DNA of 43,596 nt from the sequence record SRR16203515_1469. One strand, written 5' to 3'. This document shows, piece by piece, positions 1 through 8,514 of the stretch (position 1 is the stretch's first letter; the number at the start of each line of letters is the position of its first letter). The notes below the pieces were generated by a model that saw nothing but the letters and a program-made list of their open reading frames with translations, did not search any database and was not told the DNA's origin. Both the position numbers and the translations under genes were made by a program.

Positions 1-1538
1 CTGATGAAATTGGCGGTCGCCGCCAAGTTACCACGGGGAGTAACTGGGTTTCAGGTGAAGAGCAAGAGTACGACGAATATGAAAATGGCGCTATTCAACG
101 GGAGCCTTCTGAACGTAAGGTCGATTTGATGGCCCTTGAAATGGAGTGGAATTTGGGGTTTGCCACTTTGTCATCGAGTACCTCTGATTATGAGCATAGT
201 GGAAGTTCGGTAAGTGATAATACTGGCTTCTATGCGCAAAATAACTGGTTTGCATGGTTCTATGGCGGCTCGCCTCGCCCCATGGCCAGTGCCTTGCGTA
301 GCTATGAAGACAAAGGTTTTACTCAAGAGCTCCGTTTAGTGTCTACCGCTGGTGATACCTTCGATTGGATTGCAGGCGCCTTCTATCTTGATCAGGAGAC
401 AAAAGCGACGCAAGATAGTTTAATGCCAGGCTTCTCTTCATGGGCGATGGCAAGCGGCTTTGATCAAACGTTAGCAAGCTGGGGCGGTACCTTGACCGAC
501 CAAGATTTCCGCTATCGTGACAACGGCGAAGTACAAGATTTTTCAGTGTTTGGGGAAGTGACATGGCATGTAAATACCGACTTCGATTTAACGGTGGGCA
601 TGCGCCGATTTGATAATGAAATTTCCAATGACACTAACATAGAGTTACCCATCTATCCGGGGGCATCAGAAGTTGGTGCTACCACAGAAGAAAGTGATAC
701 CTTATTTAAAGTCAATCTGTCCTATGATGTCAGTGATGAAATGATGGTGTATGGTACGGTCTCTGAAGGTTATCGTCGTGGCGGTACCAGTGCCGTTCCC
801 CTGACGGGTGGCTTTGCCGAAAACCCTGCGTATCTTAGCTATGACTCAGACTCAGTAACCAATTATGAGCTAGGTGTAAAAGGTAACACAGGAGAAGTGT
901 TTTATGCGGTTACCTTGTACCGAATGGACTGGGATGACCCTCAACTTAATGTAACAACGCCAAACTGGGGGTTCTACGCAGCGGTAAATGGTGAGTCTGC
1001 GCGAACCCAAGGGGTAGAGTTTGAAACTCGAGGTTATCTCACCGATACGCTGCAATACGGCCTACAATACGCGTTTACCGATGCAGAACTTACCGACGAC
1101 CTGTATATTCCTGCAGGAAGTCAGGCGAGCCCAAGTGAGGTATTGCGGGCGCAAAAAGGAGAGCGTTTGCCAAGTACCGCCGAGCATACCTTTAGTGCAA
1201 ATTTAGAGCATTATTACGAGCTAGACGGAGAATACTATTTACTCAGTAGGGCAAGTGCTTACTACCAGTCTGATTCTCGCAATTCGCTGGGGGATAACCC
1301 AGTGTTTGATATCATGTTGCCGTCATTTTGGATTGCAAACGTGAGTACAACCTTACATGCTGAGAATTGGAGCGCTAGTCTATACGTGAAAAACCTATTT
1401 AACGAAGACGGGATCACCGGTGTGTTATCTGAGGGGTATATGGGTACAGATCCAGCAGAGAATTTCTACGGAAACGCCTCTAAGTCTTATATCACTCAGC
1501 CGCGAACGATAGGTGTTGCCCTGCAATATCAATTTTAG
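1..1538 (+). CDS. TonB-dependent outer-membrane receptor, C-terminal part (5' end outside window)
   Basis: Frame is open from position 3. Beta-barrel motifs YGTVSEGYRRGG, NYELGVKG, LYVKNLFNE and a C-terminal PRTIGVALQYQF ending in Phe. Confidence 0.93.
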   Translation, partial: DEIGGRRQVTTGSNWVSGEEQEYDEYENGAIQREPSERKVDLMALEMEWNLGFATLSSSTSDYEHSGSSVSDNTGFYAQNNWFAWFYGGSPRPMASALRSYEDKGFTQELRLVSTAGDTFDWIAGAFYLDQETKATQDSLMPGFSSWAMASGFDQTLASWGGTLTDQDFRYRDNGEVQDFSVFGEVTWHVNTDFDLTVGMRRFDNEISNDTNIELPIYPGASEVGATTEESDTLFKVNLSYDVSDEMMVYGTVSEGYRRGGTSAVPLTGGFAENPAYLSYDSDSVTNYELGVKGNTGEVFYAVTLYRMDWDDPQLNVTTPNWGFYAAVNGESARTQGVEFETRGYLTDTLQYGLQYAFTDAELTDDLYIPAGSQASPSEVLRAQKGERLPSTAEHTFSANLEHYYELDGEYYLLSRASAYYQSDSRNSLGDNPVFDIMLPSFWIANVSTTLHAENWSASLYVKNLFNEDGITGVLSEGYMGTDPAENFYGNASKSYITQPRTIGVALQYQF

Positions 1539-1547
1539 GAGTTAGCT

Positions 1548-2903
1548 TTGGAACATCTTGTCCGGTCTCACCTCGAGGCCGGTAATTGGCTAAAAGCACA
1601 GCAGGCAATTGAGTGCTATCTCGATAGCCTGCGCACCCCCTCCCCAGAGCAGTTGGCGGAAGCAGCATATTGGCGCTGCCAAGCCAATGACTTTTTAGGA
1701 GCATCTAGGTTATACCAGCAAGCCTGTGAGCAAGTGCCAGAACACCCCACCTACCACTATAATTTAGCCACCACACTGCGGGTGATCGGTGATATCACCG
1801 GCGCGGATGCAGCGCTGTGCCGGCATATCGACAAAAGTCCAGAGGACGCCGAGGCGCACTGGCTAAAAGTACAGCTAGGCCGACAGGGGGCTGATAAGAC
1901 GCAAGTTGCGCAACTCACCAGATTAACTCAAGCACCATTGCCACCAAAGCAGCGTGTACATGCTTGGTATGCCTTAGGTAAGTGGTATGAAGATAATCAG
2001 TTTGACGATGCCAGCTTCAACGCTTATCAATCGGGGGCATCGTTACGTAGGCGTTATCTAAAGTATTCAGTGGCCAATGATCACGCCATTATGCAAGCCA
2101 TAGGTAGCCATTTTTCGTCAACATGGTTGGATAACACTACAACTACGCAGCAAGGGGAGCAAAACATTTTTATTGTCGGTATGCCCCGTAGCGGCACCAC
2201 CTTGGTGGATAACTTATTGGGCGCGCATCAAGGTGTGGCAATGGGGGGCGAGTTAAATACATTCGCCACCAGTATGATGGCAGAAGTTGCAACTCGCGGT
2301 AAGTCAATGGCTGTGCAACAGGCAATTGCTGAAGCGGTACAGTGCGACTATAACGCCATTGGACGCAGCTACTTAAATGGAATACGTGATTATGTACAGG
2401 GGAGGCGGTTTGTAACCGACAAACTACCGCTAAACTTTTTGTATCTGGGGTTAATTCATAAAGCGCTACCAGATGCTAAAATTATCCATGTTCAACGCCA
2501 CCCCATGGATGTGGTGTGGTCTATTTTCAAGCACCTATTTACCCATGCTTACCCATTTTCCTATGACCTAGATGAAATCGCTGACTACTATATTGCTTAT
2601 CGTGGACTTATGACCCATTGGCAAAATTTATTCAGCAATCTTTCAAGTAACCCTATGTTAACGGTAAGCTATGAAGCCTTAGTAGAAAACCCAGCAGCAC
2701 AAATGCAACGTATCACTAGGTTTTGTGGTATTGATTATGACGCCGGGTGCTTCGACTTTTATCGCCGTCCTACCACAGTCACTACTGGTAGCGCCGCTCA
2801 GGTGCGAGAGCCTATTAATACGCGCAGTATAGGGCAGTGGAAACGTTTTTCAGCGCAGCTTGCAAAGGTGCAAGAAAAGCTGCAGAAAGCACAGCTACTT
2901 TAA
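1548..2903 (+). CDS. TPR-repeat sulfotransferase family protein
   Basis: N-terminal TPR-like helices (YHYNLATTLRVIGD). PAPS 5'-PSB motif FIVGMPRSGTTL, DKLPLNF and 3'-PB motif IIHVQRHPMD. TTG start with an AGGAG RBS, 9 nt after the receptor stop. Confidence 0.9.
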   Translation: MEHLVRSHLEAGNWLKAQQAIECYLDSLRTPSPEQLAEAAYWRCQANDFLGASRLYQQACEQVPEHPTYHYNLATTLRVIGDITGADAALCRHIDKSPEDAEAHWLKVQLGRQGADKTQVAQLTRLTQAPLPPKQRVHAWYALGKWYEDNQFDDASFNAYQSGASLRRRYLKYSVANDHAIMQAIGSHFSSTWLDNTTTTQQGEQNIFIVGMPRSGTTLVDNLLGAHQGVAMGGELNTFATSMMAEVATRGKSMAVQQAIAEAVQCDYNAIGRSYLNGIRDYVQGRRFVTDKLPLNFLYLGLIHKALPDAKIIHVQRHPMDVVWSIFKHLFTHAYPFSYDLDEIADYYIAYRGLMTHWQNLFSNLSSNPMLTVSYEALVENPAAQMQRITRFCGIDYDAGCFDFYRRPTTVTTGSAAQVREPINTRSIGQWKRFSAQLAKVQEKLQKAQLL

Positions 2904-3839
2904 TCGCCCCTTGCGCCAAGCCTCACCGTGTTGAATATGTTGATTAAATACACGGGTGAATAGAGCGACTTTTTTGGGTTCCGCAGGCACTTGTTTGTGA
3001 ACCAGTGACTGGGCAAAGTTATACTGATAATGAGTAGGGCGAATAAGCCTAAATTCACCACTTTGAACTTCGTTGTGTACGTAACTACCGGGTAGATAAC
3101 CGATAAATCGTCCCGATGCGATGAGTGCCTTGCGAGAGTCAAATTGATACGCATGAGCGCCATGAGCCAGCTTTTTAAGTTGTTCACGCCCTTGCTGACT
3201 GATCTCTACACCTGGCACCACCGCAGGGTGGTTGGCAATTAAGCTATCGCTAATGGCATCGTCATCTATATAGAAGAGAGGATGAGAGCGTGCGCAACAT
3301 AGGTAAATAGGTTCGTTGAGTGTATCTGTGTAGGCTAAACCTGCCATCTTTCGATAACCTGGAAATATGCCCACATGGGCTTTATCTTTAAGCAAAGCCT
3401 GCTCAATATTCTCAATACGATCGCCATCTAGCGTGATGGTTAGATCGGGTGCTTGCTTAATTAGCGAGTCGATTGTCTCAGCGAGAAGTTGATGGCGGGC
3501 GTCATCAAGCACATCCGCGTGCAGTATAACTAACGAGCCTCGAATATCGTCACTTATCTGAGATACAGCATGAGAAAAATCGCCAAGCGCGGCAAATAGC
3601 GTAATACAGGCTTGGTAGACGCTTTGCCCGTCAGGCGTCAGCATAAAGCCCCCTCGCCCTCGATGACATAAGGTGAGGCCCATTCGAGACTCAAGGTTAC
3701 TCATATGCACACTAATGGTAGAGCGAGTAATACCTAACTCGTCTTCTGCGGCTGCAAACCCATTGTTCTCGACCACTGATTTAAATACTTTTAAAAGCTT
3801 CAAATCATATTCAGTTATTGCTCTACCGGCTATTTTCAA
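2895..3839 (-). CDS. LysR-family transcriptional regulator, divergent from gabDT
   Basis: LysR HTH DLKLLKVFKSVVENNGFAAAEDELGITRSTISVHMSNLESRMG; 314 aa. Its 3' end overlaps the sulfotransferase by 9 nt. Confidence 0.93.
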   Translation of the reverse strand: MKIAGRAITEYDLKLLKVFKSVVENNGFAAAEDELGITRSTISVHMSNLESRMGLTLCHRGRGGFMLTPDGQSVYQACITLFAALGDFSHAVSQISDDIRGSLVILHADVLDDARHQLLAETIDSLIKQAPDLTITLDGDRIENIEQALLKDKAHVGIFPGYRKMAGLAYTDTLNEPIYLCCARSHPLFYIDDDAISDSLIANHPAVVPGVEISQQGREQLKKLAHGAHAYQFDSRKALIASGRFIGYLPGSYVHNEVQSGEFRLIRPTHYQYNFAQSLVHKQVPAEPKKVALFTRVFNQHIQHGEAWRKGRLK

Positions 3840-3840
3840 A

Positions 3841-3859
3841 AGTTTTATTCCATCAAACT
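3841..3859. promoter_or_regulatory. Putative LysR binding site (T-N11-A dyad)
   Basis: AGTTT-N9-AAACT inverted repeat (T3844-N11-A3856) beside the LysR start, in the short divergent gap. Confidence 0.5.
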
Positions 3860-3936
3860 AAAGGTTTAATGTTTGTTATTTAACGATGTTATTAACCCTG
3901 TTTCAATAGTGATATTCATTGTTAGTAGGAATTATT

Positions 3937-5376
3937 ATGGCAAACGCATATCAAGACCTCATTATGCCGGGCTCATTGGTAAATGGTGAGTGGTTAGACA
4001 GTAACAATACCTTTGTTATTCGCAACAAAGCGACAGGTGACGCCATAGCGACCCTTGCCAATGGGCAACCAGAGCAGATGGAAATGGCTATCGCCCATGC
4101 ACACAGCGCCTTCGATACGTGGCGTCGTACCAGTGGTGCGGAGCGGGGGCGTTTATTAATGGCTTGGTATGAAAAGTTATCGGCGCACCGAGATGCGTTA
4201 GCGTATTTACTTACCCTAGAGCAGGGAAAACCCCTAGCTGAAGCCAAAGGTGAGATTGATTATGGGGCAGGGTATATCCGCTGGTTTGCTGGAGAAGCTG
4301 AACGGATTGATGGCGATCTTTTTAATGGCCTAAACCCTTCACAACACATTCAGGTGGTAAAAAAGCCGGTGGGCGTAGTGGGCGCTATTACACCGTGGAA
4401 TTTTCCTAACGCTATGATTGCGCGCAAAGCGGCGGCAGCCTTGGCTGCAGGCTGTACCTTTGTGGGACGGCCTGCCGCTGAAACACCGCTTAGCGCCCTC
4501 GCGATGGCAAAGCTAGCGCAAGATGCAGGTATTCCTGCGGGGGTGATAAATATTCTGGTAGGTACTGACGCTAAAGGTTTAGGTCGAGTACTAACCCAAT
4601 CACCGCTGATTGCAAAATTCTCCTTCACCGGATCTACGCGAGTGGGGAAACAGCTCATTCAAGACTGTGCCAGTACTGTTAAACGAGTGTCCATGGAGCT
4701 CGGTGGCAATGCCCCCTTTATTGTTTTTGACGACGCGGATATCGATGCTGCGGTCTCTGCAGCCATGCTAGCTAAATTTCGAAATGCGGGGCAAACCTGT
4801 GTCTGCGCCAATCGTTTTTTAGTGCATAGTAGGGTGCATGATGAATTCCTTGCGGCGCTTACTGAGAAAGTAGCGTCATTAAACGTAGGGAATGGGTTAG
4901 AAGAGGCTGATATAGGCCCCCTCATTAGCGAGCAGGCCGCGCACAACGTGGATAGCTTGGTAGCCGATGCGATAAATCAAGGAGCAATTAAACACTATGC
5001 CACGGGGTGGACAGGTGGTGTATTTTATCCTCCCACCATAGTGACCAAGGTCACTAATGCAATGGCTATTTATCAGCAAGAGATCTTTGGTCCTGTGGTT
5101 ACGGTGACGTCATTTGATACCGAAGCCGAGGCGATAGCAATGGCCAATCAAACCGAATATGGTCTTGCGGCTTACCTTTTCACCCAAGATTATACCCGCA
5201 TTCAACGAGTACCAGATCAGTTAGATTTTGGCATGGTGGGTATTAATGACGCGGCTATTTCCAACCCTGCCGCCCCCTTTGGCGGAGTTAAACAATCGGG
5301 CTTTGGTAGAGAAGGCTCGAAGTACGGTTTAGACGACTATCTTTCACTTCAATATCGCTGCCTAGGAGGGTATTAA
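3937..5376 (+). CDS. gabD: NAD(P)-dependent succinate-semialdehyde dehydrogenase
   Basis: ALDH motifs ITPWNFP, FTGST, MELGGNAP, catalytic GQTCVC, EIFGPV and PFGGVKQSGFGREG. The ATG at 3937 has an AGGA RBS. Confidence 0.92.
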   Translation: MANAYQDLIMPGSLVNGEWLDSNNTFVIRNKATGDAIATLANGQPEQMEMAIAHAHSAFDTWRRTSGAERGRLLMAWYEKLSAHRDALAYLLTLEQGKPLAEAKGEIDYGAGYIRWFAGEAERIDGDLFNGLNPSQHIQVVKKPVGVVGAITPWNFPNAMIARKAAAALAAGCTFVGRPAAETPLSALAMAKLAQDAGIPAGVINILVGTDAKGLGRVLTQSPLIAKFSFTGSTRVGKQLIQDCASTVKRVSMELGGNAPFIVFDDADIDAAVSAAMLAKFRNAGQTCVCANRFLVHSRVHDEFLAALTEKVASLNVGNGLEEADIGPLISEQAAHNVDSLVADAINQGAIKHYATGWTGGVFYPPTIVTKVTNAMAIYQQEIFGPVVTVTSFDTEAEAIAMANQTEYGLAAYLFTQDYTRIQRVPDQLDFGMVGINDAAISNPAAPFGGVKQSGFGREGSKYGLDDYLSLQYRCLGGY

Positions 5377-5377
5377 C

Positions 5378-6670
5378 ATGACGACAAATAGTTCACTTCA
5401 ACAACGCAAGCAAGCTGTATTTGCCAACGGACAAGGAAATCTATATCCGGTGTATGTTTCACACGGCAAGAATGCCGAGATGTGGGATGTAGAAGGCAAC
5501 CGCTACCTCGATTTTGGTACCGGCATTGCGGTGTGTAATACGGGGCATGCACACCCAGAGCTGGTAAGCGCGGTTAAACAGCAGATGGAAAAGTTTAGTC
5601 ATAGTTGCGTTATGGTAAATCCCTATGAAAGCGCGGTCGCCTTGGCAGAAAAGCTCACTAAGCTTGCGCCCGATGAAAGCCCCAAAAAAGCGATGTTCGT
5701 TACTACCGGTGCAGAAGCGGTAGAAAATGCGGTGAAGATCGCGCGAGCACACACGGGGCGACGTGGGGTAATTGGGTTCAATGGTGGCTTTCATGGTAGA
5801 ACAAATTTGACCATGGGCTTAACAGGGAAAGTCACGCCTTATAAAGATCATTTTGGCCCGTTTCCTGGCGAAATTTATCATGTGCCTTTTCCTAATCCCT
5901 TGCATGGAATAACAGAAGCACAAAGCCTAGCTGCATTAGATACTTTGATGAAAGTGGATATTCCTGCCAAGGATGTGGCGGCTATTATTATTGAGCCGAT
6001 CCAAGGTGAGGGCGGGTTTTATGTGGCCTCATCTAACTTTTTACAAGCGTTAAGAGCGCTTTGTGATGAACATGGGATTTTGCTTATTTGTGACGAAATT
6101 CAAAGTGGTTTCGCTCGAACAGGCCATATGTTTTTTACCACAAGTGCGGGCATTGAACCGGATCTTATGACGATGGCAAAGGGGATAGCCGGGGGAGTGC
6201 CTCTGTCTGCCGTGGTGGGTAAAGCCGACGTTATGGACACCGCACCTGTAGGCGGATTAGGCGGAACTTACGGGGGCTCACCTTTAGGATGTGCCGCTGG
6301 GCTAGCGGTTCTTGATATAATCGAAAACGAAAAGCTGTGTGACAGAGCGGCAATGATTGAAAGGCGCTTTAAAGAGTCGTTAGGTGAACTTCAAGCTCGC
6401 TATCCCAGCGTTATTGCTGAGGTAAGAGGGCATGGTGCAATGATTGCGATAGAACTGATGAAAGACGGTGAACCTCATCACGCAAATGCTGAACTGACGA
6501 AAGCTATTGTTGGCAAAGCTTTGGACTACGGATTGATCCTATTAGCCTGTGGTTTTTATGCAAATGTGATCCGTTTCTTACCGCCGCTGACAATTCCAGA
6601 AAATCATTTACGGGAAGGGCTCGACCAGTTTAGTGCATTGTTTGATGAAGTCATGCTGGCGAAAGCGTAA
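5378..6670 (+). CDS. gabT: 4-aminobutyrate--2-oxoglutarate aminotransferase (class III PLP enzyme)
   Basis: TTGAEAVENAVKIAR, FHGRT, EPIQGEGG, DEIQSGFARTG, PLP lysine in MAKG, GGTYGG. Starts 1 nt after the gabD stop. Confidence 0.92.
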   Translation: MTTNSSLQQRKQAVFANGQGNLYPVYVSHGKNAEMWDVEGNRYLDFGTGIAVCNTGHAHPELVSAVKQQMEKFSHSCVMVNPYESAVALAEKLTKLAPDESPKKAMFVTTGAEAVENAVKIARAHTGRRGVIGFNGGFHGRTNLTMGLTGKVTPYKDHFGPFPGEIYHVPFPNPLHGITEAQSLAALDTLMKVDIPAKDVAAIIIEPIQGEGGFYVASSNFLQALRALCDEHGILLICDEIQSGFARTGHMFFTTSAGIEPDLMTMAKGIAGGVPLSAVVGKADVMDTAPVGGLGGTYGGSPLGCAAGLAVLDIIENEKLCDRAAMIERRFKESLGELQARYPSVIAEVRGHGAMIAIELMKDGEPHHANAELTKAIVGKALDYGLILLACGFYANVIRFLPPLTIPENHLREGLDQFSALFDEVMLAKA

Positions 6671-6756
6671 TAAAAAGAGTGAAAAGCATGGCAATTGAGT
6701 AATCTGTTTTCACTATTCATTTTTTGATAGTGACAGGAGAAAGGCTATTAAAACCC

Positions 6757-6785
6757 TTGCACTGACAGCCGAAATAGGGTAGGCT
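6757..6785 (+). promoter_or_regulatory. Putative sigma70 promoter of the 44-aa small ORF
   Basis: TTGCAC (6757-6762), 17-bp spacer, TAGGCT (6780-6785). Confidence 0.55.
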
Positions 6786-6818
6786 TAAAGAGTGAAAAAA
6801 TAACCAAGGGGGCTTATT

Positions 6819-6953
6819 ATGCTTAAAGCAATCACAAAATTTTTCAAACGCAAGCACCCATACGCAGTAGCTGCATATGTTGGCCGTAAAAACACGCAAC
6901 GTATTCTTGATTGTAAAATCGAGAAGAAGAAAAAACTTCTAGCTCAAGACTAG
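6819..6953 (+). CDS. Small basic protein, 44 aa, not in the ORF track (MLKAITKFFKRKHPYAVAAYVGRKNTQRILDCKIEKKKKLLAQD)
   Basis: ATG at 6819 preceded by AAGGGGG; upstream sigma70-like promoter; downstream bidirectional terminator. Confidence 0.6.
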   Translation: MLKAITKFFKRKHPYAVAAYVGRKNTQRILDCKIEKKKKLLAQD

Positions 6954-7011
6954 CTGCGAACAGTGGCTCCGATAAGGAGTAATGCATTATCTTAACTGAT
7001 AGGCATTAGGC

Positions 7012-7049
7012 AAAAAAAATCCGATGATTATTTAATCATCGGATTTTTT
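7012..7049. terminator. Bidirectional rho-independent terminator
   Basis: Perfect inverted repeat AAAAAATCCGATGATTA / TAATCATCGGATTTTTT, giving a U-tract on each strand. Confidence 0.85.
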
Positions 7050-7066
7050 CGTTTTACGTCATAATA

Positions 7067-8269
7067 TTAGAATGATAGATCCCACTGAAGACGAAAGCGG
7101 GTCTCATCCACTGAGCCGATAGCTGATTGCTCAATATCGAATTGTGTAATGTCAGCAGTAAGTTTATTGCGATGTCCGCTGAAGAACCAGTTTGCGGCAA
7201 TGGCTCTTTCGAAATGCTGTTCATCAGCCGCATTGTCTACCTCTTCATAGGTCGCGTAGCGAACGGCAATTTCTAACGGCTTCGGCCACCAATCAAAACT
7301 CGCATGACCAAAATAGCCCGCTTGTAGATAGTAACCAGTATACTCAGTTTCTGTATTTTGCGCCGCGCTGTCAGTAATGGTTTTTTCATGGTACTCGGCT
7401 TGTGCATTGAAGCCTTGGTACATCATGGCGAAATCGACATTGTGCTGATTAATTTCATACTGATTGTCGAATCCGGCTTCAAAATTTTCTAGTTGCCCAC
7501 CAGCAGATGAAGAGAAGCGAGTAAAGGCACTTTCATTGGTGGAAAAGCTGATAGCCGTTGTTGCTTTAAGTGACTCAGAGAATTTAAGATCACTGGCTTT
7601 AAAGCCAAAGTCTTCGCCAGTTATATTCCACTGAAGGCGGCCATAGTATAAAGGCGCATCACCGTCATTTTTGTTGCTACCTAAGCCATTGCCCGTACCC
7701 ACACCTAGCCAATAACTTACGTTAGTCATATCTTGACCGCCTAGGTTTCCGTAGATAGCTGCACCTTGCTGACGATCGATAGTAAAGATTCGATTTATGA
7801 TTGAGCGATCGAGCATTTGCTGACCACCACTGCTTACACTGCGCTCTCTTGAATATTCAAACTTCCATTGACCGGCTTTAAATTTAAGCCAATCATATTT
7901 TTCAACGTTTACTGTATAGGTCAGTAATCTGCTGTTAACGAAGTCATGTTCAATGGCAAATTTCAACCAAGGTTGGTACGCATGCCCTTTTATTTTTAGA
8001 CGTGCTCGGTTAATGCCCAGCTCATCATCGCCACTTGAATACAGAGTGTAATCTTCTAGTGCCGTTGGCTGACTATCCGATGGCGTGGCAAAACGTGATT
8101 GGATCCGTCCCTGAATCTGCATTTTAAAGCGGTTGTCCGTAGTTTCAAAGGTAAACCCGTTGTTCTGGTAAGAAAGATCTGCGTCTAACTCTATGGCGCT
8201 TACACTCGTTGATAGGCCAGCCATTAAAATAGAACACAAAGTCATACCGGTGGTTAAGGATGCTTTCAT
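7067..8269 (-). CDS. Outer-membrane porin, OprO/OprP (phosphate-selective porin)-like
   Basis: Signal peptide; INRARLKIKG, KAGQWKFEYSRE, DRQQG; C-terminal RLQWDLSF. Confidence 0.8.
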   Translation of the reverse strand: MKASLTTGMTLCSILMAGLSTSVSAIELDADLSYQNNGFTFETTDNRFKMQIQGRIQSRFATPSDSQPTALEDYTLYSSGDDELGINRARLKIKGHAYQPWLKFAIEHDFVNSRLLTYTVNVEKYDWLKFKAGQWKFEYSRERSVSSGGQQMLDRSIINRIFTIDRQQGAAIYGNLGGQDMTNVSYWLGVGTGNGLGSNKNDGDAPLYYGRLQWNITGEDFGFKASDLKFSESLKATTAISFSTNESAFTRFSSSAGGQLENFEAGFDNQYEINQHNVDFAMMYQGFNAQAEYHEKTITDSAAQNTETEYTGYYLQAGYFGHASFDWWPKPLEIAVRYATYEEVDNAADEQHFERAIAANWFFSGHRNKLTADITQFDIEQSAIGSVDETRFRLQWDLSF

Positions 8270-8311
8270 AGGACTCTCATTGTAAACATATGCTAGTTTC
8301 TGGAGGTGCGA

Positions 8312-8339
8312 AGTCTAAGGATTGAGCTAAGCCTGTCAA
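8312..8339 (-). promoter_or_regulatory. Putative sigma70 promoter of the porin
   Basis: Minus strand TTGACA-N16-TAGACT. Confidence 0.6.
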
Positions 8340-8514
8340 ATAAAATTAATAAATACTTCACTAATCTTTAATAATGCGAGGCGCATTGATTAGAATAGCA
8401 GCTATTAACTATTTGAAAAGCTTGTAGTCTTTTTTATCGGAATTAGGTGCAGAAATACCAATTAGACATGCATTATGCCGTCAGCCAATGTGCTCCCCTC
8501 ACCCGGGCTGTTGG

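Noticed and set aside
8270-8400. Pho box upstream of the OprO/P-like porin
   Set aside because: Only a single CTGTCA half-site, which is the reverse complement of the -35 TTGACA; there is no 11-bp tandem repeat.
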